This document shows positions 1-7,775 of a stretch of DNA of 48,221 nucleotides, piece by piece. The position numbers and the translations under genes were made by a program. Source of the stretch: a virus (Duplodnaviria; Caudoviricetes); the IMG/VR virus record IMGVR_UViG_3300031519_007785, positions 1-48,221 of that record, one strand, 5' to 3'. Each line of letters starts with the position of its first letter. The stretch's first letter is position 1. The notes beneath the pieces are model-generated. The model had not been told where the DNA came from, ran no database searches, and was given only the letters and a program-made list of their open reading frames with translations.

Positions 1-580
1 TTATTCCTCCGCAGTGTTTTGATATGCATCTCTTCTTGCCTTTCAATTTATTTTCAATTCGTTTGGCTTCTTTGACATCGATGCCTAGTGAATCGTATGT
101 GAACCTGCGGGGTAGGTTACCCTTGACACCCAATCGTTTGGCCGCCTCACGCCTTGCTGATTTATCTTTATAGAGCACGTAATTAGATATCCTAGCACTG
201 CGTCCGGGCCACTTCTTGAATATCCTCTGCATGACCTCGTTCTGTTTGTGATGGGGGAAGTCTATGTCCACATCAGGAAGGTCGTCCCTGTAAGGGTTGA
301 GGAATCTTGCCACGGGTATGTCCCACTCCACTGGGTCCACATCTGTTATGCCCAGCAGGTAACAGACCAATGATGAACCAGCACTACCACGTGTCATGTG
401 CGGTATGTCTCGTGTCATTGCGATGATGTCACATATTTGTATGAAGTAGTCTACGAAACGTAGTTGAAGGATAATTTGAGTTTCCTCGGCTAGCCTGTGC
501 GTGTATTCTTCTGTGCCTGGACATTGCCTAATGAATCTATCGTATAGCCTTGTTATGTCGTTTAGTTCTTTGTTTTTCAT
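1..580 (-). CDS. dnaE: DNA polymerase III alpha (DnaE)-family polymerase lacking the N-terminal PHP domain; 5' part only, runs off the left window edge (not in the ORF track)
   Basis: Manual translation from ATG at 580: MKNKELNDITRLYDRF...YTHRLAEE...RFVDYF...TRGSAGSSLVCYLLGITDVDP...ARFLNPYRDDLPDVDIDFP...SKHCGGI. The RGS, YxLGIT, PDxDxDF and HxGG motifs are DnaE palm signatures. An in-frame TAA lies six codons upstream of the ATG. Confidence 0.9.
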   Translation of the reverse strand, partial: MKNKELNDITRLYDRFIRQCPGTEEYTHRLAEETQIILQLRFVDYFIQICDIIAMTRDIPHMTRGSAGSSLVCYLLGITDVDPVEWDIPVARFLNPYRDDLPDVDIDFPHHKQNEVMQRIFKKWPGRSARISNYVLYKDKSARREAAKRLGVKGNLPRRFTYDSLGIDVKEAKRIENKLKGKKRCISKHCGGI

Positions 581-629
581 GCCTATGTTTGCCTGTTATC
601 GCCTCTCGCATTAAAGCTCTGGACAGGAA

Positions 630-635
630 TATTTA
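630..635 (-). promoter_or_regulatory. TAAATA late-type promoter box upstream of dnaE (with a ~45-nt leader)
   Basis: Minus strand reads GATAAATATTCC in the nth-dnaE intergenic space. The same GATAAATAT context occurs upstream of ssb. Confidence 0.45.
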
Positions 636-654
636 TCTGCGTATATTATTTTGG

Positions 655-1329
655 TTATACTTTTTGGCGCAATTTACTTTTAGGGACCGTGATGTCTCTG
701 TGGTCACAGGCGGAACTGATAACACATTCCTCACACAACGGTGTTCGTGATTTACAAAACAGTTTGGCATGTGTGATCAGCCACATGTGGGCACCGTACT
801 TGTATTTGCCAGGTGTGGTATTGTTAACTGTGATCGACGCCTTACCCTCATCCAAACTATCTGCCCAACCCAATCTCCACAACATTCTGAACACGTGTGT
901 GTCTACTGCTATGTGAGGTTCACCGAACACGAATCTCATCACAATGTCGGAGCTCTTTCTGCCAACACCAGGCAAGGTCATTAGTTCCTTCTGTGTTTGG
1001 GGTACACGCCCGCTGAACTCTTGTAACAACATCTTACTGGTTGCTAGAATATTTTTTGACTTTGCATTGAACAGGCCCGCGGGTTTGATTGCTTCTATAA
1101 TTTCTTCCTGTGAAAGTTTAAGCATGTCCTCGGGTGTACTGGCCAATGAGAACAACTGCCTACATGCTATCGCTGTCCTCTTATCTTGAGATTGTGCGGA
1201 CAACATAACACCTATAAGACTAGTGTATGCTTTTGAATAAATTTTTGCTTTGGGTTTTTTATTTGTGTATTCAGGATAAAGAGAACTTAACTTCTCATAT
1301 ATGTAATCGATGTCATTACTGTTCTTCAT
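655..1329 (-). CDS. nth: Endonuclease III (HhH-GPD DNA glycosylase/AP lyase with 4Fe-4S cluster)
   Basis: LSAQSQD, HhH motif LPGVGRKS (catalytic Lys), AVDTHV (catalytic Asp) and the C-X6-C-X2-C-X5-C cluster CKSRTPLCEECVISSAC. Confidence 0.93.
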   Translation of the reverse strand: MKNSNDIDYIYEKLSSLYPEYTNKKPKAKIYSKAYTSLIGVMLSAQSQDKRTAIACRQLFSLASTPEDMLKLSQEEIIEAIKPAGLFNAKSKNILATSKMLLQEFSGRVPQTQKELMTLPGVGRKSSDIVMRFVFGEPHIAVDTHVFRMLWRLGWADSLDEGKASITVNNTTPGKYKYGAHMWLITHAKLFCKSRTPLCEECVISSACDHRDITVPKSKLRQKV

Positions 1330-2794
1330 CTGAGTGCAGTTCGTTTAGAAGTTGTCTCAGTTTGCCGCCTTCCACATTGGCTTTTACTTTACCTACTGTA
1401 TCTCCCTTACGTGGATCAGGCACTTCTGGTCTAGCATCACCTGGCGTGCCACCTCCCGCTGAAACTTTTGAAGTTTGTTTCAGTGAATCATATATTGTGC
1501 TTCGTTGTTTATCAAACTGTTTGTATTCTGGATCATCAGCCAAGTCTCTGATCCTCAGACTGTCAACGTCAAATTCCAAGTCTACTTTCTGCCCAACACC
1601 AGAACTTGATCTGGTCTTCATGAACTGTATCTGGTACCTTCCACGCTCCTTCATTGCCCTCGATGTGAATATACCTATCACGTTGTCAGCTGTCTGTATC
1701 TTGGACAGTCCACCTGATATGTGAGAGTGATCGAACTCTATCTCTTCAACACTCGCCCTGTTCAACTGTGATGCAGTTGCCAACACACAATGTTTCTCAA
1801 CAACCAAGTTCCTCAGTTCCTCAGATACGTACTTGTCTTTGATGAACAAGTCTGCTGGCGATATTCTTTTACTCTTTGGCATCATGAGATCCAAGTAGTC
1901 GATCAGTATGCAATCTATTTTTACTTTGTTTTTAAGTTCTAGTTCTTTGAGATATGTTCTTATATCTAATACGTTACTACCACTTGGCAAGTATTTGATC
2001 TGTAAGTTACCTGATTTCTTCTTCAACATTTTAACCTTCATCTCGACATTATCTATCTCCGGGAATACTTTTCTTGTTGGAATGTTAGTCATCATGGCAT
2101 CTAGTCTCATGGCAGTTAGAGCCTCGGACAATTCAAAAGAGATATAGCAAACGTTCAATCCGGCCAGTGACCAATTGACTGCAAGATTCTGCAAGAACAA
2201 ACTCTTACCTGCTCCCGATCCTCCTGCAAAGATGTTTAGTTCACCTCTGTTGAAACCACCAAACAGTTTCTTGTCTAGATTTTCCCAACCAGTGCTGATC
2301 TGTCCGTTGTTGTCCTTGAGTGCTTCAAGTCTTCCCTTGGGATCCTCAAAGTAGTCTGTACCTAAATCCCTTGTTAGTCCTACACTGACTGCTTCCTTGA
2401 CCATGTCCTCAACTGGACCGTAGTCCCCTTTCTCTAAAAGATCAGCAGATGAAAGAATTGCTTGTTCCAGTGCTTTGTGTCTAGAGAACGTTTCGAACTC
2501 GTCTAGCAACCAGTTGAAGTGTGCAGGATCTAGATCCTTTGCTGTTTTTAATTTTATATCGTGTTGTGCATTAACTATATCAACCTCCGGCATCACTTTG
2601 TACTCGTCCATGTAATCTTTGACGAACTTTGCTATGGGTTGTAATTTACGATCGAACGATCCAGGATTGAATATGTTCTGTGCCCTAGCAAATGATTCAG
2701 CATCTGCCAACAACATTTCTATATACAATTTCTGTACATCGAAAGAATAATCCTTAGCCTGGTGTTGTGGTTCGTTGTTATTGTAATCAGCCAT
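1316..2794 (-). CDS. gp41: Replicative DnaB-family helicase (T4 gp41-like)
   Basis: ISTGW..LD...GG, Walker A GGSGAGKS, ISFELSE, Walker B ILIDYLDLM, ASQLNR, KTRSS; directly downstream of primase. Confidence 0.92.
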   Translation of the reverse strand: MADYNNNEPQHQAKDYSFDVQKLYIEMLLADAESFARAQNIFNPGSFDRKLQPIAKFVKDYMDEYKVMPEVDIVNAQHDIKLKTAKDLDPAHFNWLLDEFETFSRHKALEQAILSSADLLEKGDYGPVEDMVKEAVSVGLTRDLGTDYFEDPKGRLEALKDNNGQISTGWENLDKKLFGGFNRGELNIFAGGSGAGKSLFLQNLAVNWSLAGLNVCYISFELSEALTAMRLDAMMTNIPTRKVFPEIDNVEMKVKMLKKKSGNLQIKYLPSGSNVLDIRTYLKELELKNKVKIDCILIDYLDLMMPKSKRISPADLFIKDKYVSEELRNLVVEKHCVLATASQLNRASVEEIEFDHSHISGGLSKIQTADNVIGIFTSRAMKERGRYQIQFMKTRSSSGVGQKVDLEFDVDSLRIRDLADDPEYKQFDKQRSTIYDSLKQTSKVSAGGGTPGDARPEVPDPRKGDTVGKVKANVEGGKLRQLLNELHSDEEQ

Positions 2795-3800
2795 ACATCT
2801 TTCTCTTCAAATCTATCTTAAGTTTACTTCGCTCTGTTGTCTTTAATATTGATTGTATAGTAAACAGTCTACCGTATTTTAACACAGCATCGGCTACATC
2901 GTCAACTCCATCTTCCCATTCTGGAAATGCAACACTCCAGCCAAATTCCATTGCTTGATTGATCAGTTTTTCTCCTGGAGCGTCTCTGTCCGGCACTACT
3001 ATAACTTGCCTGCCTAGACCGTCTATTAGCTCTCGCTGTGTATCATTTATCTCCGATCCAAGTATACTAACTCCAGAAACGGTAATTGCATCAAATGGTC
3101 CTTCTGTTACTAATACAAACTTTCTTGTCCAGTCTTGTGCATCCATGTTAAACACATACCCGGGCTGTACGTCTGTGTAGTATTTGACTTTGGTAGATTC
3201 TTCAAACATCCTTCCTGAGAAACCAACTATATCACCTCGCCAGTAAAACGGTATTAGTAATCTTTTATCTACGTCCCAACTTTTGTTTGGGGAATACATG
3301 AAGTCGTACCAGTCAGCGCCAATGCCACGTCCTTCTAAATATTTTAGTAAATTATCAACAGACTTTGTTTCATCATCTGATAATAAATTTTCTAACATCT
3401 TCTCTAACCAAACTTCTAGTTTTTTTGCACCGCTAGGTAATTCTCTTTTATTGAATGTCACAAACTTCTTCTTCTCATACTTTACATCACCTTCTTCTTC
3501 ACGCATGGCTTCTATGGCAAGTTTTCTTATAGTATCGTCTGGTATGCCTATGTACCCCATGAACTGTCTCATTTTGAATGTAAGTTTTCTACCAATAACA
3601 TACGATGCCTTGAAGCCACAGTTGAAACAGTGATAGCTCACGGTCCCATCGGCGCTGATCATTATGCCACCACGCTTCTTCTTGTCCGCTGACTCTCCGT
3701 TGTAGATACAACAGGGTGCGTTGAAACTTATCCAACCGCTTGGGGTTTTCTTTCTACCCGCAGGCAGACTAGTCAGAATTGTATTCTGTATCAAATTCAT
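2787..3800 (-). CDS. gp61: DNA primase (T4 gp61-like; zinc-binding domain plus TOPRIM)
   Basis: N-terminal zinc ligands (APCC...YHCFNCG), GR...KY, TOPRIM motifs VTEGPFDA and PDRDAPG, DDVAD. Confidence 0.88.
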   Translation of the reverse strand: MNLIQNTILTSLPAGRKKTPSGWISFNAPCCIYNGESADKKKRGGIMISADGTVSYHCFNCGFKASYVIGRKLTFKMRQFMGYIGIPDDTIRKLAIEAMREEEGDVKYEKKKFVTFNKRELPSGAKKLEVWLEKMLENLLSDDETKSVDNLLKYLEGRGIGADWYDFMYSPNKSWDVDKRLLIPFYWRGDIVGFSGRMFEESTKVKYYTDVQPGYVFNMDAQDWTRKFVLVTEGPFDAITVSGVSILGSEINDTQRELIDGLGRQVIVVPDRDAPGEKLINQAMEFGWSVAFPEWEDGVDDVADAVLKYGRLFTIQSILKTTERSKLKIDLKRKMYG

Positions 3801-3807
3801 TAACTAT

Positions 3808-3836
3808 ATTTTACTGTCTATATAGGATTTTGTCAA
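3808..3836 (-). promoter_or_regulatory. Sigma70-type promoter for primase; predicted leaderless transcript
   Basis: Minus strand: TTGACA-17 nt-TAAAAT, then 7 nt to the ATG at 3800; no SD. Confidence 0.7.
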
Positions 3837-4611
3837 TCACCCCAGTGTTGCTGGCGCTGTTGCCCCAACCAAATCTCACACTGTGGTAAACACCTGTGAA
3901 GTTGAAATTGGTAACTGTGGTTGAGTTAGTGAAAGAGTTAGCAGGTGATCCTGCATCTTCCATGGTAATGTCAAAGTAATCACTCTCACCAGGTGTAGCA
4001 CTCATTGTGCCCTGTACTCTCAATGCTCCTGTGAAGTTTTTTGTGTACACTGCAATAGTGTGTAATGCCTTGTTGTTGTTGATGCCTGGACGTGCATCTA
4101 TCGAACCAGATACATAAGCAAGTGGTCCGCCACTTGTGAAAGTTGATACGTTGGTACTTGCTACAAATTCGGGGTAAGCACCATCTATTAATTCTATTGT
4201 TCCAGCGGCCGCATATCCTGTGTCAGCGTATGTTATTTCTCTGCTTCCATCTGATTTAATTTCACGTACGGCATAACCGTAAAATCCAGCATCAAGGGGC
4301 AATAAATCGCCTTCGGTGATTGTTGTGCTGGCATCACCTGTAGTGCTAACCGTAGACCCATCATCTAATATTGTTAAGGTTTTGGTAATAACTGATTTCT
4401 TGCTTTCAGTATCGATAACATTTAATTCGTAGGTTTTTGCACTTATATCTTGGGCCTTCTGATCTTCGTTCTTAAACGTAAATGTTATGGGATTTGATAC
4501 CCCCCTATGAAGCGTTAATCGTCTATCGTACACTTTTGAGTTCCTTCCATGATAACCATTTATGAAGGCGATTACCAAGTTGTTTATTAAATACCGTTGT
4601 ACTGTTTGCAT
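3811..4611 (-). CDS. Hypothetical protein, probably virion-associated (beta-rich, Thr/Gly-rich)
   Basis: 266-aa ORF preceded by TAAATA-N6-ATG; composition resembles Ig-like/baseplate-associated phage proteins. Confidence 0.6.
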   Translation of the reverse strand: MQTVQRYLINNLVIAFINGYHGRNSKVYDRRLTLHRGVSNPITFTFKNEDQKAQDISAKTYELNVIDTESKKSVITKTLTILDDGSTVSTTGDASTTITEGDLLPLDAGFYGYAVREIKSDGSREITYADTGYAAAGTIELIDGAYPEFVASTNVSTFTSGGPLAYVSGSIDARPGINNNKALHTIAVYTKNFTGALRVQGTMSATPGESDYFDITMEDAGSPANSFTNSTTVTNFNFTGVYHSVRFGWGNSASNTGVIDKILYRQ

Positions 4612-4617
4612 AATACA

Positions 4618-4623
4618 TATTTA
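4618..4623 (-). promoter_or_regulatory. TAAATA late-type promoter, 6 nt before the ATG at 4611
   Basis: Minus strand TTAAATA-tgtatt-ATG; a full TATAAATA also lies at 4628-4635. Confidence 0.6.
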
Positions 4624-4643
4624 ACAGTATTTATAGATATAGA

Positions 4644-5018
4644 ATGAATGAAATTTTTAACACACTAAGGGACAAGTTCCCATTCTTGAGCCTGATCAGA
4701 AAGGGCGATTTGGAGTATGTGGGCATAGTGCAGAACGAAGATGTAAACGTAATTAGTTTTTATGACTATGGCAGGCTTATGATGCCACAGGATAAGATGA
4801 AGTTTCTTAAATGTGGCGAAACTTGGTGGCACGAATCTAATAGAAAATTACCAATAAACATATTCCTTAAAGGTGAATTTCGTTACTTTAGAACAACTTT
4901 GGTTACGCTCAACGCAAAAGATATAGAGATAGTGCATGGTCCAACTGTGAGATTATCTGATATATCTAAAAAACGTGTAAAGAGAAGAACTATACAATTA
5001 GTTAGACGTCCTACTTAA
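4644..5018 (+). CDS. Hypothetical protein (124 aa, basic C-terminus)
   Basis: Fills the gap between minus-strand genes, has normal protein composition and no competing ORF. Confidence 0.7.
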   Translation: MNEIFNTLRDKFPFLSLIRKGDLEYVGIVQNEDVNVISFYDYGRLMMPQDKMKFLKCGETWWHESNRKLPINIFLKGEFRYFRTTLVTLNAKDIEIVHGPTVRLSDISKKRVKRRTIQLVRRPT

Positions 5019-5158
5019 TCTTCAGACTTTTCAATATACTTCTTATAATATATAGTCAATGGATTGTCCGCTTGATAATGACACTCATGCGAAGGCATCT
5101 TGTATGTTTTCTTTTTACGTTTTTTGGAAAGTTTTTTCTTAAGTTTCTGATGGTGCAT
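5015..5158 (-). CDS. Small basic protein, 47 aa (below the ORF-track cutoff)
   Basis: MHHQKLKKKLSKKRKKKTYKMPSHECHYQADNPLTIYYKKYIEKSED*; preceded by TAAATA (5167-5172) 8 nt before the ATG; fills an otherwise empty gap. Confidence 0.5.
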   Translation of the reverse strand: MHHQKLKKKLSKKRKKKTYKMPSHECHYQADNPLTIYYKKYIEKSED

Positions 5159-5729
5159 CAAAACTATATTTAGCACTACTAATCAAATTCATCTGTACTA
5201 CTATAGCCTGTGCATATGCCACAGCATGTGACTTCTTGAAGAAGTATGATCCGTCTGTGGGTTTAGTCCATACATCTTTTGTTATATCTGTCCAGTCCTT
5301 GTACATCAGCTGTCTCTTGGCAGGACGTATGATAGCTAACACAGCCGCAAGTTGTTCTATAGTTCTAGGGTTCAGTTTGGATACTATATTAAAATGTCCG
5401 TTTAGGTGGAATAGATTTTCTACCGTCTTGGGATCCTTTAACATGTCCCAATCAGGCTCCTGTATCATTAGTTCAACAAGTTCCTGTTCTGATTTTACAG
5501 CCTTGTATATGTTTACGTTCAAGCAATCAATTTTGAAGTATCCTCTGTCCTCTGCTTCTTTGTAATCCAATGATGCATGTCCTGTGACTGGGTGTTCTGG
5601 TACAGCATGGAAGTACACTCCTGTCTTGTGTTTTTCAAACTTGCCTGCCTTGCTCATTGATGCAGGTGTGTGCTTGAATAGTTTAAGTGTGTTGTCTCTG
5701 TCAAAAAAATCTATGTCTACATCTGGCAT
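5139..5729 (-). CDS. Miniature DnaE (Pol III alpha)-like catalytic core, 196 aa
   Basis: Starts at MPDVDIDF, followed by KHKTGV, GYFKIDCL (third catalytic Asp), LFHL, LAIIRP and YFFKKSHAVAY, in DnaE palm/finger order. Confidence 0.85.
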   Translation of the reverse strand: MPDVDIDFFDRDNTLKLFKHTPASMSKAGKFEKHKTGVYFHAVPEHPVTGHASLDYKEAEDRGYFKIDCLNVNIYKAVKSEQELVELMIQEPDWDMLKDPKTVENLFHLNGHFNIVSKLNPRTIEQLAAVLAIIRPAKRQLMYKDWTDITKDVWTKPTDGSYFFKKSHAVAYAQAIVVQMNLISSAKYSFDAPSET

Positions 5730-5962
5730 TAGTGTACACTTCCTTTATCTGTTTCATTATGTTTGATAAAATTTTCTCTTGAACCTGGGTGTAAAACTTC
5801 CACTACTTCTAGCAACGCTTTATAACCTTCACTGTTCAACATTTCTGCATTCAACTTAGGCACAATAACTTTACCAATTGATCCGTCTTTCTTTATTGTC
5901 ACTGCACAATCTCCTTCTTCAAACTCTAAATTTTCTGCTATCTCTAAATTTATTTTAGACAA
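5729..5962 (-). CDS. Hypothetical protein (77 aa)
   Basis: Translationally coupled on both sides (TAATG overlap with the mini-DnaE start). Confidence 0.65.
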   Translation of the reverse strand: MSKINLEIAENLEFEEGDCAVTIKKDGSIGKVIVPKLNAEMLNSEGYKALLEVVEVLHPGSRENFIKHNETDKGSVH

Positions 5963-6638
5963 TCTTTGCCTCCCTTGCTGTGTCCTGTACTAGCATGTGG
6001 TCGGCTGGGTAGCTCTTCAACTTGCTTGGCCAGAAACTTGTATTAATAAATTTTTCTATCATTTGTAATTGTTCGTCGTTAAATGATTTTAGCATCCTTT
6101 TTCCTGCACTGCAACCTAACAGCAACCATGGACTTATCTTTCCCTGCTGTATATGTTGTACTGCTCGATTGGTATTAATCAGTCTGAAGTAATCAGGCCA
6201 TTGTGCATTCTGTTCTGTCGCCCAGTCCATCATCGTAGCTATGCTCCTTTGTAGTGCGGCTTCCACTGGTTCTGATTTTAGTGCTTCGATAAGATACATT
6301 TCGTATAGATCATCTCTAGCCCAATGATCAAGTTTCACCTTTGACTGTAACACATAATCTATATACTTGTCCGGGTACAATGGATTGATATGCATGATGA
6401 ATCTACCAAATTTTACAAATGCATTGTAGTAAGAACTCCCACAAAAGTCTTCATATGTTTTAGTTTTTGAAGTATGTTGATGTATCTGATAAAATCTCTG
6501 GAACACCATGAATGCATTCACTACCCATTTCTCATCTCTTTGTAGGTATCTTCTTTTAGGTTCGCACAGATGTACTTGTAGTGTACGTTCTTTTGCAAAC
6601 TCCTTGCCACAGTACGTGCATTTATTTGTCGATGCCAT
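5955..6638 (-). CDS. Hypothetical protein with N-terminal C2HC/C2H2-like zinc finger
   Basis: CTYCGKEFAKERTLQVHLC; lies in the replication operon and overlaps both neighbours. Confidence 0.7.
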   Translation of the reverse strand: MASTNKCTYCGKEFAKERTLQVHLCEPKRRYLQRDEKWVVNAFMVFQRFYQIHQHTSKTKTYEDFCGSSYYNAFVKFGRFIMHINPLYPDKYIDYVLQSKVKLDHWARDDLYEMYLIEALKSEPVEAALQRSIATMMDWATEQNAQWPDYFRLINTNRAVQHIQQGKISPWLLLGCSAGKRMLKSFNDEQLQMIEKFINTSFWPSKLKSYPADHMLVQDTAREAKIV

Positions 6639-7074
6639 GTGCCTCTATCAGTTCCTCTAGTTCTCTATCTGTTATTATCTTGTCTAGTGTTTCTAGATCT
6701 GCTTCTTTCCACGTGGGATATATCTGTTGTAATTTCTTAAGGCTCTTGTTAGGCACACGTTTCATTGGTTTGACCCATGGATGGAACTGTTGTTGTAACG
6801 ACCCACACATAGCGGTCAGTATCCAAAGTAATTTCTTGTGTTTGCCTAGTGTGAAGCAGTGTTTGTTGACACACTCATTCACCATCTCCACGTAATGTTC
6901 TACAAAGAATTGATCCTTTGAAGATGTGCTGGAAACATATCTCATCAGCATGTAGGGTGAGTACAAAGATTTCTCCTTGTCGTCTATCCTGTCGTAGTAG
7001 TCTTTGTTTCTGAAGTCAACGGCTTTCAACCCGTTTCTCAAATCAAAAAATTTTCTATTTTTTTCTGCTGGCAT
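6622..7074 (-). CDS. gp62: Probable clamp-loader small subunit (T4 gp62-like)
   Basis: YSPYMLMRYVSS...EMVN...KHKKLLW...FHPWVK resembles the gp62 pattern YxPxMxxRxxS...N...WxK; size and context fit. Confidence 0.55.
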   Translation of the reverse strand: MPAEKNRKFFDLRNGLKAVDFRNKDYYDRIDDKEKSLYSPYMLMRYVSSTSSKDQFFVEHYVEMVNECVNKHCFTLGKHKKLLWILTAMCGSLQQQFHPWVKPMKRVPNKSLKKLQQIYPTWKEADLETLDKIITDRELEELIEAHGIDK

Positions 7075-7288
7075 ATTTTAGTGCAAACATTGTGCATTCT
7101 TTTGCTGTTACAAATGTTAATTTTATTTTATTGTGTTTGTGTTGTAAACCTGAAAATTGGAATTTGTGTTTCTTGATGAAATCAAAAAAATCATGCATCC
7201 AACCTTCGTCCATCCACACAGCAATCTTGTCACTGGTTATCATGATTGGTGCGTCCAGTGTAATTGATTTCCTACCAGACGGAGCCAT
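7055..7288 (-). CDS. Hypothetical protein (~77 aa; start revised to ATG 7288)
   Basis: MAPSGRKSITLDAP...ECTMFALKYASRKK; the revised start gives only short overlaps with neighbours. Confidence 0.6.
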   Translation of the reverse strand: MAPSGRKSITLDAPIMITSDKIAVWMDEGWMHDFFDFIKKHKFQFSGLQHKHNKIKLTFVTAKECTMFALKYASRKK

Positions 7289-7775
7289 AGTCCACCTGTT
7301 CACACTGCCTTGATATGTCCTTGACAAAGTAGGCACACATGGGTTTTGGTCCATTGTTTAAAGGTACGGCCAACATCTGTCCTGACTTGATCTTTGGGAA
7401 ATACCATTTTACTTCTGTATAGATATCTACAACGTCAATTGGATAGAAATCTGGTTTTGGGCTGGACAATGGATTGAATGTGAATGCATCAAATCCCCTA
7501 TCGTTGAGGCTAGTTATTGGTAACACGTGCATCTCAGATTGTCCTGCTTCTCCTATCAACATCTTCCAATCTAACGGCATCTTAATTTTGTGATTTCCAA
7601 TTTCTAAGACAGCCGCCGGAGCATTGAAGCTCTCTAGGAATATCAACGGTATGTAGAAGAAATCTGGATTGGCGGGATCTGCATTATCGAGGACTGCAAA
7701 TCTCAGATCCTCATCTACCCATTCTGGGATCTTCTCTATGCTGTACGCACGGTCATCAAGTGTAAGGATTTTCAT
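7272..7775 (-). CDS. Hypothetical protein, possibly a degenerate stand-alone Hint (intein-like) fold
   Basis: 167 aa, predicted all-beta pattern; LEIGNHKIKMPLDWKML..LPITSLNDRG and IDVVDIYTEVKWYFPKI echo Hint blocks B and F. The CDS is confident, the fold is tentative. Confidence 0.6.
   Translation of the reverse strand: MKILTLDDRAYSIEKIPEWVDEDLRFAVLDNADPANPDFFYIPLIFLESFNAPAAVLEIGNHKIKMPLDWKMLIGEAGQSEMHVLPITSLNDRGFDAFTFNPLSSPKPDFYPIDVVDIYTEVKWYFPKIKSGQMLAVPLNNGPKPMCAYFVKDISRQCEQVDYGSVW

Noticed and set aside
5729-5962. The 77-aa ORF as the missing N-terminal half of the mini-DnaE (frameshifted gene)
   Set aside because: It lacks the RGS and YxLGI motifs expected just upstream of PDxDxD, and the junction is an ordinary TAATG coupling.
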